NCBI RefSeq assembly: GCF_009914755.1
Contig: NC_060927.1
DNA from: the human T2T-CHM13v2.0 reference genome, Homo sapiens
Length of the DNA stretch: 64,000 nt
Reading direction: 5' to 3' (one strand)
Shown here one piece after another: positions 43,473 through 56,708 of this stretch. Numbering within the stretch: position 1 is the stretch's first letter; each line of letters starts with the position of its first letter. The position numbers and the translations under genes were made by a program. The notes beneath the pieces are model-generated. The model had not been told where the DNA came from. It ran no database searches and saw nothing but the letters and a program-made list of their open reading frames with translations.

Positions 43473-44619
43473 GGTATATATTGTTTAACAAAATAGATAT
43501 GGTTCCTAAACTCTAGGAGCCAAATGGAAAATAGAATAAACAGAAATTAAAGTAGACATACAGACAAAAAATTGTAAAAACTTGAAATAAATGTTAAGAA
43601 GGAAAATTACATGAGAGTACTGTGGTTAAAGGATACTTTTGATTTGTATGGAATGTATGTAGATATACTTTTGGGTTAAATCACTATGAGGGGACTATAG
43701 ATATATTTCCTTCACATTTGTGTGAAGTTTTCTTATAAATGATAGAATTGTTTTGAGCTTTATAAGAATTAAAATATAAACATGTGAAATGGAAGTAATA
43801 TCTAATATTTCTATTTAGATATTAACTTTGCACACTACATACACAATTTGAAGTAGTTTTGCATTATATGTATTTACTGCTGAATGGATGACAGTGATGT
43901 TGAACATTTCTTACTCGATTACATTATATTTCTTTACTGTTCTTATGTGCTTTAAATTTAAACAAACCCTTAGGGAACACAGCCATTCTGTGTTGGGGTT
44001 GAGAGCTTAATAGCCTTGCTGCCACTCTTTCAAGGGAACTTGTTGCATGTAATACACTGAAGTAAGGTTTAAATGATAGCTTCCTTCATATTTTAAGAGA
44101 AGTAAAAAATAATTATGTTCTCATTTCATTGGTATGCCATTTCCTTTATTATGACAGTCAATTGCATTCTGCAATGTGATAGAGTAAAATATACATTATA
44201 CACTTCTTAATCTGGAAGTGTATAATGTATATTTATAATCTTAATATATACGCTTCTTAATCTGGAGAGACTGATTTTTTTTCTAAACGAGAGATATTTT
44301 CAATGCCTGTTATAAAGAAAGTAGAAAAACATTTTAGCAGATATTAAACGTTACAGAGAGCTTCAGGATAAATGCTTAAGTTCCTCTTGGTGACTTATAT
44401 TAGCCCATGATTCAACAATCAACTGTCTAGATGAAAAATAAAAATTCAAGAGTTTAGATGCCTACATATATAACACATTTGATGCAAACAATCTGAATAA
44501 TGGGACATTTCAAAAATAATTTTCTCCTCTGTTATTATGTTCTCTTAAAAAAACCAAATATCTGATTAAATAACATTATTTTAGAGGGATATTTGAGAAA
44601 TGTTAAAATGTTATAAACA

Positions 44620-47030
44620 AATGTTGGAACTTTACTGATACTGTTATAGAAGAGTATATTGATTAACCTGCCAGCAGATGTCAAATATAAATAAAAGCAA
44701 GTATTGGAAAGATTGTACAGTGACCAGAAGTAGACAGAAACTGGGGATACTTGCATTTGTGTGGTTTGCCACCCAATGATGCATAGTGCAGGATGGCTGA
44801 AATGTAATAAGAAATGTGTAAATTCTGCCAAATCCTTTTTTGACCTCTGGACTATGAAAAATGACAGCTGAATATTAAAAGGACTTTGCAGAGATTTTAA
44901 CTGCTGCCCAATATTAGGAAGATAAGAATTTTAATTTAGCCAAGTTAACTATCTACTAGAATGCAAATCAACCTCTTCAGAGGACGATAATAGAATCCAG
45001 AGTGTTTGCCAGGTATCCTCCACAATTTAGATTACCCAATCAAAATTTTCTAGACATGTGAGGTAACAGAAGAATATTAATCATAATTAAGAAAAAAAGG
45101 TCAGCATAAATTTACTCAGACGAATCAGATCTTGAAACTATCTGACAAGAACATTAATACAGTGCTTTTATTATAGAAGGACTTAAAGAAAAACATGGTT
45201 CTGATTAGTGAAAAGATGGAGAATCAGAGCAGAGAAATAGAAACTATATGTTAAAAATGGAAATTTTAGAACCAGAAAGTACAAAATTTAAAAGAAAAAT
45301 TTCAGTGGATGGGCTTAACAGCAAGTTAGGAATGACAGAAGAAATGTTTAATGAAGGCGAAGAGAAATCAATAGGAATTATTCAATTTGAAGAACAAAGA
45401 GAAAAAAGGTTTTAAAAAGTTAACGTATTATCACTGACCTGTGGAACAATGCTATGAGTCTAGCATATCTGTATTTGCTATTTCAGAAAAAGAGGAGAGA
45501 AATAATGGAGCAGAAAATAATTTGAAAATATACTTGCCAAAAAATTCTCATTTTTGTGACAATAATTGATTTTTATATCCACAAATTTTAGGAAAACAAA
45601 ACACGATAAATATAAAGAATACCATACCTAGGCATATCGTAAGCTAACTCCTGAAAAGCAAATGTAAAGAGAAAATATTGAAAATCATTACATTATATAT
45701 AGAGAAAAGATGATAGAAGTTATCACTGACTTTTTATCAGAAACAAAGGAGATCAGCAGACAATGGGACAACACATTTAAAGTGATTTAAGAAAAAAACA
45801 GTCAACCTCAAATTCTGCATCCATTAAAATTATTCTTCAACTTTAAGCTGAAAGCAAGATATGTTTACTTAAAAGAGACTGAATGAATTTTGGAAGGGTA
45901 GATTTATAGTACAAGAAATGTTAAAGGAAATTCTTCATGCTGAGGGAAATTGACAACAGATGGTAACTTTGATGTATGGGAAGGAACAGAGAGTGGCAGA
46001 AATGGTACCTGTGCAAGTAATTATATAAAAATTTCTTAATTTCTTTAACAGTCATATAAAAACATAGGAGGATTCTATTCATAATTTGGGTATACTCAGG
46101 AAACTCCATCAATATAAATTATATGAATTAAACTTCATCAAAACTAAATATAAAGTCCCAATTTAGAATGTGATAAGCCACAAACTGGGCAAAATATTTA
46201 TAAAATATAGATTTCACAAAGGCTTCATCATCTTACGAAAGAAAAAATATAGCTAAAAATATCAGCAAAAGATTTGATTGTACATTTCACAAAGAAAAAT
46301 ATGCACATATAAGTAAGTAAAATCAATTGTCAGGGAAATAAGAATAAAAATCACACAGAGACCACTAACACCTTGAATGATGGAAATGAAGAGTGACAAC
46401 ACCAAATGTTGGTTGTTGATCGAAGGATAACATGGTACAATTACTTTCAAAAAAGTCTCAGCATTTTCTTATAAAGTTAAACAAACACCCACCCAATGGC
46501 CTAGCAATTGCTAAGCAGTTACTCAATAAAAATAAAAATATATTTCTCCCTAAAGCCTTGTATGTGAATCTTCATAGCAGCTTTACCAATAATGGACCTA
46601 AAATGGAACCAACAGAGATATCTATAAAGAGGAGAATGGATAAACAATTTGTGCCATATTCATTCACTGGAATACCCCTCAGAAATAAAAATAAATATAC
46701 TAACACAAGTAACACGTAGGTGAATGTCAGAAACATGATGTTGAGGAAAAGAAGCTAGACTCCCAAGAGTATATATTGTCTACTTCCATTTATTTGAAAT
46801 TATAGAATGTGCAGAGCTAATCTGTGGTGAAGTCTACAAATAAATAATTGCACAGAGAAATGGGAGTGAGGAATACATGAGTGGGCATGAGGAAACTTTA
46901 TGGAGAGATGAATGTGTTCCTATCTTGATACATTTGTTAATTATACACATAAATGTGTTTGTCAAAACTTATTGATTTATACACTTATGATTTTTGTATT
47001 TCACTGTAAACTTTACATTAAAAAATGCAA
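44620..47030 (+). mobile_element. Old L1M: decayed ORF1 region and 3' end
   Basis: ORF1-like A-rich motifs (ATACCTAGGCATATCGTAAG, TTTTATCAGAAACAAAGGAG) followed by L1 3' motifs (GAATGGATAAACAATTTGTG). Confidence 0.75.
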
Positions 47031-47699
47031 ACAAACTAAAAGAATGTTGAGCACCCTTCTAGATATGGCATTAAAGTGTGATTGCTACAGAATTGTCACA
47101 GTGACTGGGGATACATGTATGACTATTTTAAACCCACTTGTATGTTGGATGGTAGCCTTAGCTCACATTCTCAGGTGGCTTCATCAACTGTGCTTATGTA
47201 GACATAGTATTTACTTTGTGTGGAGCCTGGAGATTTCATATACCTTGTTCTACTTTGTGATCATATGCCCAGTGAGAGGGAAAAAAAATAAGAAATTGCT
47301 ATTTTTTTAAGTCATCAAGTGAATAAATGAGACTTTAAACTTTAAAATTATTGGACTTTTAAAATTTGCTTGTTTAAGAAACTGATGGGGTTTTAACATT
47401 GTTTTTTTCCTGAAAAAAAATAAGGAAAAATGTGTAAGGATATAAATACAAGTATTTAATCTTGCAGAAATATATAACAGAAAAGGGTCATTTGACATAA
47501 AACATTTTATGAAGCTGTTGAGTAGTCATGGTAACAAAAAGTTACACACTTTTGAACATTTGTACGTTTTTTCATGTGGAAAGGCTATTAGTTCTTAATA
47601 ATTGCTGTTGCTCTCATAATTATGTCAAAAATATTTTCAAAGTGAGAAACAAACGTATGGCTAAGTTTAATAATTTATGTTAGAAAATCCTCTCATCTT

Positions 47700-48375
47700 T
47701 TTATAAACAAATTTATTGGGAAATACTTGACATATAATAAACTGAACATATTTAAAGTGTACAATTGTGCAGTTTTTACTCATGTATATACATTTGAAAT
47801 TCTCACTAAAATGAAGATGTTGAACATGTTCATAACTCCTTTTAATCCCTTTCTCCCATCACTTCCTGTGCCACCTTTTGTTTCCAGGCAACCATTAATC
47901 TGTTTTGTGTCACTGTAGACACTTTCTAGAATTTGATATCAATTGATTCATATAGTATTCTCTCTCTCTCTATGTAATATATATCAATACTTCATTCCTT
48001 CTTATTTATAAGTAGTATTAAATTGTATGTATACCACAATTTGTTTATCTATTTACCTGTTGAAGGAAATTTGGCTTATTTTCAGCTTTGGGCTATGAAC
48101 ATTTGAGTGCAAAATTTTTTACAGACATACACTTCCATTTCTCTCAGGGAGATACCTAAGAGTGGAATGGTTGGATCATAATGTTAAGTATATTTTGACT
48201 TTTTAAGGAATTGACAAAATGTTTTCCGAAGTGGTTGTGCCATTTTACATTCCCATCAGCAGTGTACAGTATATAAATTCCATTTCCTCCACATTCTCAC
48301 CAACACTTGTTATGGTTAGTGTTTTTAATTTTGGCTATTATAGTAATGACAGTGTGCCTCATTGTGGCTTTGCAT
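47700..48375 (-). mobile_element. L1MB-like 3' end
   Basis: ATACCTAAGAGTGGAATGG, TTTTACATTCCCATCAGCAGTG. Confidence 0.8.
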
Positions 48376-49829
48376 AGAATGATGGCATGGGAAGCAAATG
48401 TAGAAATTGTTTCAAAAAATAAGTTATCTAATAATAGGTTAAGTGACAGAGAAATCAGCCAGGATTCAATCATTACGCTGTTTTTGAGTTTATGATTTAA
48501 TCTCAAGTGCCAAGAATCTAAATTGGAAACAATATATTCTCTGAATTCATTGTTTACAGTCCAGTGGGGAGACAAGGGCAAATTATTCAAAATGTATTTA
48601 TATTAAGGCAGGGAAAGTATATGCAAAACATGAAATAAAATCTGGGTGGGGTCAGGGAAGACTTCAGAGGAAAGGTGTATTTTGAGATAAAACTGGAAGT
48701 ATAAATAGTTTCCTAATACCAGAGAAGCAGATTAATAATATGTATAAAATGTCCATGCGTTCAAGAGCATGCCATTTTCTAAAAAAAAGTGCAAGCAACT
48801 TATTATCACTGGAACACAAATACTGAGTGTTGGGGATAAAAAGAATTGGGAAGGGAAGAGATCAGAGAGAAAGGAGAATTGATACGTAGGATAATATATT
48901 TCATCTTGTCTTAGTAAAGAGGTTTGAAAAATTCTGAGCAGTGATGTGTTGCAATTTGAACTATCTACCGCATTTTTAGAGACTCTCCTAATTCTCTTGC
49001 CAGGCATATGATAGGATTATACTTCCTGATCCTCCTGGTTAGGTAGTCACATGACTAGTTCTGGCCAGTGAGTCGTGCGAGGACTGATGCATGTCATCTC
49101 TGGCCTGGTGCTGATGCAAGATTCTGCAGAGCTTTCTGTTCCCTCTGGCACAGTGATAGGCAAAAGTCAGTATGGTGGATACTCCATCACTTGCTTCTTT
49201 GAATAACTGTTATCTCTATTGTGTTAAGCCATGACGATTTGGAAGTTGTTTGTTTCTGTAGCACAATTAATTCTTCTTTGGCTGAGACAGATACTGCATA
49301 GCACAATATTCTATTGATTTGATTGGCTTAAGCAATAAAAGAATGGCTGAGATAGATAGATAGTAAGGCAATCGAATCAGTAGCATATTGTGATTTACCA
49401 ACAGTACAAAGAGGGAGAGAGAGAAATCTAGACTAATGAGTTGTATAAAAGATTATCCTTTGGACTTAGTAGTTAGGTTGCCACTTGTGATCTTCAAGAA
49501 ATCTTGAAGGTTTTCGTGGAATACTGGAGAACCAAAGTACATAGAATGGACTATAGAATAAATGGGGTTGAAGAAGTGGAGACAACTAATGTTGAAATCA
49601 ATAGCATGAATTAGACTGGCTGGCTATGGAATATCTTATGCTGCAAAATATAAACATACTTGCTTCTATTTTCTTTTACAAAATTTGCACACTATATTAC
49701 CGGAAAGTGAAGTAAATACAACAAACAAACAAATAAAAAACCTGTGACTGCATTTAATAGTTTGAATATACCAACAATCTTGGGAAATGAAGGATTCTTA
49801 TTGGATAATATAGAAACTGTAGTTTCTGA

Positions 49830-50237
<408 letters not shown>

Positions 50238-51667
50238 TAAACTTGATATTTTAAGAGATGAAAAAGGAAATGTCTAAGTTCATCTGGCATGCAAATGTAA
50301 TTCAAACTGCAGGATAGACACAACGTCCATTATAGTTGTACTGCAAAGGCAAGGAAAGCCATATTTGCCTTTTTTATTGCCACCTGTCAATGAAACAGAA
50401 TAACTTAATACAAGGTTACTAAATAGCAACCAGCTGAGATAACACTAATGCAAAATGATGGCAAAGTCCAGTGTAAATCTATAATATGGTAAGTGCTGCC
50501 AATTATACTATTTCATTCTGAATCATATATAACCTATCAAACTGTACCTGTCTGCACTTTTAAACATGCTGCTCCCTGAATAATTTTTTTCCATTAAGTT
50601 CTTTAAATTTTGAATAATCACTAAAGTACCATGCCATTTTTAGTTTATGGTATATGTAGTCTTAAAGATTCTGGAAGGCCATACAGACTTGGAAGAAGGA
50701 AGCAAGATATTTTAGTTAACCCAAAAAGTAACATGGGATGGTTCAATCTGGCTTATTTATTACACATATAGTGACAGTGTCAAATTTGCTATTGTGGAAT
50801 TGTATGAATATAGAACCTATCCAAGGTTAAGCATTTACAGTAAGTGTTTTATTACAGCAAACACTGAACTGTACTCCTTAGGGTCAATTCTACAGGCATT
50901 TAATTTCAGCAATTGCCATAATAGAGGCATTATGATAATGTCTCAGTCTCTTGGGTACACAAGAGGTTCAATGCTATTACGTTGTTTCTTTTCCTCTCCT
51001 TTAAAGCTTTTGTCTATAATGCATACACTGATTGGAAAAGCAAGAATTTATATCCCTCTTTATTTGAATGTTTGGAATTTCATTTCAAAGGTTGAAATGA
51101 ACATAGTCTGAGAGAAAAAACAGTGGGATATTACAAAAAGGGGAATAATTTTCCATATGTTTTAGATCTTTAGACACAAGGGACTCATCACAAGAACCAC
51201 ATGTACTTTTTCTGAGTCCCACCTTCAAAATTAATGAACAGCAAAATGTTTTATATTTCCCATAGGAAAGCTTCAACTCAGTTATTCTGTCACACCATTT
51301 TGTTCATTGATTTGTTATCATTATCTAAAAAGGGCATATTTTAATAAAGTGATAGTCCTTTATCTGATAAATTAATAGGCACAATTACTGTCAGCTGGAT
51401 GCTAACAGGCTAAGATATAAAGTATAATTCATAAGAGAAACCTGAGAAAGACTGAGAAAGAATGACTGGTAAAGGGGTTGAAGAATCAGGCATGTGTGGG
51501 TTCATAGATGGAAGAATATGTTCAAGAAGGAGGTAATCAGAGAAATTTTACTTTATCCAGAAAACGTATGTCGAAGTGAAACAAAAGCAAGTAATCAGAT
51601 ACACATAAACGTATAAGGTCACTGGGTGTAGGGTGTAGAGCAAATACTAGCAGATGCAGTGCATGTT

Positions 51668-51885
51668 TTAAAGATTAAGTATGTGTACACTTCAACCTTC
51701 TACAAGTGAAATCCCAGAAAATTATTTTCAAATTTAGTTTTTAGTACATCAGATTTATTTTTCTTTTTATCATGTATATGTTAAAGATTTGGTATGTGTG
51801 CTTCAACTTTCTACACATAGACGAACAAAAAATTATTTTCAAATGTTGCTTTTATGTGAAAATTTATTTTTCTTTTTATCAGTAT
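51668..51885. repeat. Degenerate ~110-bp tandem duplication
   Basis: TTAAAGATT..TATGTGT..CTTCAAC.TTCTACA...AAAATTATTTTCAAAT...ATTTATTTTTCTTTTTATCA occurs twice (from 51668 and 51781). Confidence 0.85.
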
Positions 51886-53124
51886 TGATTCAAAAAATTA
51901 TGGTCAGATTCCCTAGGTCTAACTTTTAAGTACAAATCTCCATAATGCATGATAGTTAATTATCCTGGGGAAGGATATCATAAATTTTTATTTAGTACCA
52001 TCTCAAGTATTTAATCCGGTTTGCTACTGTGAGTTTTGCTGGTCCTTTGTGAATTTTTACTAAATCCTGGATTCTGTTGTGTATAAATTGAAGCTCTATT
52101 ATTTATCAAGCCAATATGATTTCCCTTAGAACACAGTTCCAGTTTGATCAATGAGACTGATTATTCACTGCGAATGCACTCTCTTGATCAACTTCACAAT
52201 CTTCCTTTATCAGATTTTGGTTTTGCCCTTATCGTTTTACCCTCATGCTCTTTTATAAATCTAATATTTCAGTCAGACATGATAATGTATATTTAGTAAC
52301 TCATTCTTAATATTCATGTATATTTTCCCATTTTAAATGAAAGCACAAAGCTCTTTTTATCTGTATATATAAGAATAACACATATTCTGAAATTGGCTGT
52401 TACTCAGTTGCAGTTACCAATACTGTGACTCTGACCCCTGAAATATTACAAGTAAGGTCAGAGCTGTACTGTAATAGACATACTGCAGAAACTCTCAGCG
52501 TAGGATATGCATCATAATCATTTGTGGAGTTTTGAAAAAAATCCAGTAGCCAAGGTTGAGAACCACTGCATTGGGCTGTATTGTAGGAGTACCGTCTGAG
52601 CTCACTGTATCATAGAAATCTCCTAAAATATTGATTCTAATCTTCTGCTAGTGAAAGGCAGGGCTGAAGCATAAAACCTTTGTGTTAACCTTAAAGAAAA
52701 AAAATAGTTATCAGTAACATGACTTCACATGGACGAGAGCAAGAGAACAATGTTGATGGATTAGAACAGTATTTTTCTTCTACCCTGTAAGATATCAAGG
52801 TTCAGAAGAACTCATTGCCTAAATTCATTTTCAATTTGAATACATCCAAAGATGTGGAGCTGTGAAATATCAGAATTTCTACCCTGGATCTGTGCTAGTA
52901 GTTCTCAGTCATAAGCTTCATAGCGTTCTTGTCTCCAGCTCATTGTGGAATCAAAAGATAGTTTTTTTTGTTTTTCTTTTTACTTAAAGAATGACACATT
53001 AATTCACATTTATTGTAGAAAAAGGAGAAAAAATTGATAAGCAAAAGCAATATTAATAATAACGATCTGATAACCAGAAACAACCACACTGTCTTCATGT
53101 TGAATAGTCTTCCAGACAAGTGCA

Positions 53125-53375
53125 TTTTCTGGTTAAGAGCACAGACTCTGGAGATATATTGCCTACTTTTAAATGTTGGCCTTGCTAGTGATGAACTCCA
53201 TAACTTTGGGCAAGTTATTTACCTGCCCTATGCTTCTATTTTCTGGTCTGTACAATGGGACTAATAATACTATATTCTGCATAGGACTGTTATAAGCATT
53301 AAATGCATTAATATATGAAAAGTTTCTAGAATAGTGGCTTGTACATAGCAAGCTCTTTACAGGTATTAGCAAAAT
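53125..53375 (+). mobile_element. MIR SINE
   Basis: GGTTAAGAGCACAGACTCTGGAG...TTGGGCAAGTTATTTACCT. Confidence 0.8.
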
Positions 53376-53712
53376 TATTATATGTGTAAACAAATATACG
53401 GTTAACAAATGCTGGATAAAATCACTTCAGGCAACTTATTACTGAAAATTTCAACGGATATTTGTTCATCTATGGACCAAGCAATCATTTATTTAGCACT
53501 GTTTGTGTGCTAGGCACCATACATTTAAATTAACTTCTTTAGAGATGGTATTCAGTTGTACAGGTTGTAATGCATTTTATTTAGCCTCCCTAGTGGTATA
53601 CATTATTTTTTTTATTTTTAAAAATACGATAAATAAGGCCACAATGAATATTCTTACAGGTAATTATGTGTGCACATTCATTACAAATTTCTAGAAGTTT
53701 CCAGGTCAAAGG

Positions 53713-54119
53713 TGTTGTGCTGGACTCCTGCTAACTTCAGTATGGATGGCACCGGGTTCAACAGACTGACGAAGAGACCCAGAACCAGCGACGAGACCAC
53801 AGGGTTTACTAAGAACTTACATACAGTGGTCCAGTGGCAGTTGGCTGGATAGCAGAACTGCTGATGCCTTCAGGAAACATGTAATTTATGTAGCACTTTC
53901 ACTTAACATCCTCCCGCATCAGCCTCCACTTGGCAACCTTCATTTAACCCGAACATTCTGTGGGTTGGGCCAGGGGCTCACATGTTCCTCATAGATAAGG
54001 AATGAATCTCTGAGTTGGCCATACTTGAAACTCTGAACACATATTCAGATGTTTCTGCCATATAGGGTCATTTCTCAAGGTATGCTTATGTTATTGCTGT
54101 GAGCTGCATCTACTATACA
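53713..54119 (-). mobile_element. LTR47-like solo LTR (ERVL)
   Basis: TG...CA termini; TSD AAAGG at 53708-53712 and 54121-54125; rc start TGTATAGTAGATGCAGCTCACAGCAATAAC. Confidence 0.8.
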
Positions 54120-54359
54120 AAAAGGTATGCAACTTTCAGAGATTTTTTTTTTATTATTATACTTTAAGTTATAGGGTACATGTGCACAACATGCAGGTTT
54201 GTTACATATGTATACATGAGCCATGTTGGTGTGCTGCACCCGTTAACTCTTCATTTACATTAGGTATATCTCCTAATGCTATCCCTTGCCCCTCCCCCCA
54301 CCCCACGACAGGCCCTGGTGTGTGATGTACTCCACCCCGTGTCCAAGTGTTCTCATTGT

Positions 54360-54725
54360 TCACTTCTCACCTATGAGTGAGGACATGCGGAGTTTGGTTT
54401 TCTGTCCTTGCCATAGTTTGCTGAGAATGATGGTTTCCAGCTTCATCCATGTCCCTACAAAGGACATGAACTTATCCTTTTTTATGGCTGCATAGTATTC
54501 CATGGTGAATATGTGCCACATTTTCTTAATCCAGTCTATCATTGATGGACATTTGGGTTGGTTCCAAGTCTTTGCTATTGTGAATAGTGCTGCAGTAAAC
54601 ATACATGTGCACACTGATGGGTCTCGACTCTTTATCCAGTTTTCCAGTCTGTGTCTTTTAATTGGAGCATTTAGCCCATTTACATTTAAGGTTAATATTG
54701 TTATGTGTGAATTTGATCCTGTCAT
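54360..54725 (-). pseudogene. L1 ORF2 in-frame deletion derivative, 121 aa
   Basis: MTGSNSHITILTLNVNGLN...DPSVC joined to TCMFTAALFTIAKTWNQPKCPS...SLIGEK*, with native start and stop positions. Confidence 0.93.
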
Positions 54726-54788
54726 TATGATATTAGCTGTTTATTTTGCTCATTAGTTGATGCAGTTTCTTCCTAGCATCAATGGTCT

Positions 54789-55806
54789 TTACAATTTGGC
54801 ATGTTTTTGCAGTGGCTGGTACCTGTTGTTCCTTTCCATGTTTAGTGCTTCCTTCAGGAGCTCTCATAAGGCCTGTCTGGTGGTGACAAAATCTCTCAGC
54901 ATTTGCTTCTCTGTAAAGGATTTTATTTCTCCTTCACTTATGAAGCTTAGTTTGGCTGGATATGAAATTCTGGATTGAAAATTCTTTTCTTTAAGAATGT
55001 TGAGTATTGGCCCCCACTCTCTTCTGGCTTGTAGAGTTTCTGCCGAGAGATCCACTGTTAGACAAATGGGCTTCCCTTTGTGGGTAACCTGTCCTTTTTT
55101 TCTGGCTGCCCTTAACATTTTTTCCTTCATTTCAACTCTGGTGAATCTGACAATTATGTGTCTTGGAGTTGCTCTTCTTGAGGAGTATCTTTGTGGCGTT
55201 CTCTGTATTTCCTGAATTTGAATGTTGGCCTGCCTTCCTAGGTTGGGGAAGTTCTCCTGGATAATATCCTGAGTTTTCCAACTTGGTTCAATTCCCCCTG
55301 TCACTTTCAGGTACACCAATCAGATGTAGATTTGTTCTTTTCACATAGTCCCATATTTCTTGGAGGCTTTGTTTGTTTCTTTTTACTCTTTTTTCTGTAA
55401 ACTTCTCTTCTCACTTCATTTCATTCATTTGATCTTCAAACACTCATACCCTTTCTTTTACTTGATCGTATCAGATACTGAAGCTTATGCATGCGTCACG
55501 TAGTTCTCGTGCCATGGTTTTCAGCTCCATCAGGTCATTAAGGTGTTCTCTATGCTGTTTATTCTAGTTAGCCATTCCTCTAATTTTTTCAAGGTTTTTA
55601 GCTTCTTTGTGATGGGTTCGAACATCCTCCTTTAGCTCGGAGAAGTTTGTTATTACTGATCGTCTGAAGCCTTTTTCTCTCAACTCATCAAAGTCATTTT
55701 CCATCCAGCTTTGTTCCGTTGCTTGTGAGGAGCTGCGTTCCTTTGGAGGAGAAGAGGCGCTCTGATTTTTAGAATTTTCAGCTTTTCTGCTCTGGTTTTT
55801 CCCCAT
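54789..55806 (-). pseudogene. L1 ORF1 (disrupted)
   Basis: MGKNQSRKAENSKNQSAS... and ...QRTPQRYSSRRATPRHIIVRF...ARREWG...YPAKLS appear as separate ORF pieces. Confidence 0.95.
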
Positions 55807-56381
55807 CTTCATTGTTTTATCTACCTTTGGTCTTTGATGATGGTGACATACAGATGGGGTTTTGGTGTGGATGTCCTTTCTGTTTGTTAGTTTTCCTTCT
55901 AACTGTCAGGACCCTCAGCTGCAGGTCTGTGGGAGTTTGCTGGAGGTCCACTCCAGACCCTGTTTGCCTGGGTATCAGCAGCAGAGGCTGCAGAACAGCA
56001 AATATTGCAGAACGGCAAATGTTGCTTCCTGATCCTTCCTCTGGAAGCTTCGTCTCAGAGGGGCACCTGGCCATATGAAGTGTCAATCGGCCCCTACTGG
56101 GGGGTGCCTCCCAGTTAGGCTACTCAGGGGTCAGGGACCCACTTGAGGAGGCAGTCTGTCTGTTCTCAGATCTCAAACTCCATGCTATGAGGACCACTAC
56201 TCTCTTCAAGACTGCCAGACAGGGATGTTTAATTCTGCAGAAGTTTCTGCTGCCTTTTTTTCAGCTATGCCCTGCCCCCAGAGGTGGAGTCTACAGAGGC
56301 AGGCAGGCCTCCTTGAGCTGTGGTGGGTTCCATCCAGTTCCAGCTTCCCAGCCACTTTGTTTACCTACTTAAGCCTCAGCA

Positions 56382-56708
56382 ATGGCGGACACCCCTCCCC
56401 CAGCCTCGCTGCCACCTTGCAGTTCGATCTCAGACTACTGTGCTAGCAGTGAGCGAGGCTCCTTGGGCGTGGGACCCTCTGAGCCATGTGCGGGATATAA
56501 TCTCCTAGTGTGCTGTTTGCTAAGACTGTTGGAAAAGTGCAGTATTAGGGTGGGAGTGTCCCAATTTTCCAGGTACCATCTGTCACGGCTTCCCTTGGCT
56601 AGGAAAGGGAATTCCCCGACCCCTTGTGCTTCCCGGCTGAGGCGATGCCCTGCCCTGCTTCAGCTCACGCTCTGTGGGCTGCACCCACTGTCTGACAAGC
56701 CCCAGTGA
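56382..56708 (+). CDS. ORF0: L1 antisense ORF0, open and extended to 108 aa (expression unknown)
   Basis: MADTPPPASLPPCSSISDYCASS...VGPSEP...EKCSIRVGVSQFSR matches primate L1 ORF0; strong Kozak context GCAATGG. Confidence 0.75.
   Translation: MADTPPPASLPPCSSISDYCASSERGSLGVGPSEPCAGYNLLVCCLLRLLEKCSIRVGVSQFSRYHLSRLPLARKGNSPTPCASRLRRCPALLQLTLCGLHPLSDKPQ

Noticed and set aside
54605-54620. Splicing as the cause of the ORF2 deletion
   Set aside because: The junction retains the GT of CA|GTGTGC and shows TGC microhomology, not a GT-AG excision.
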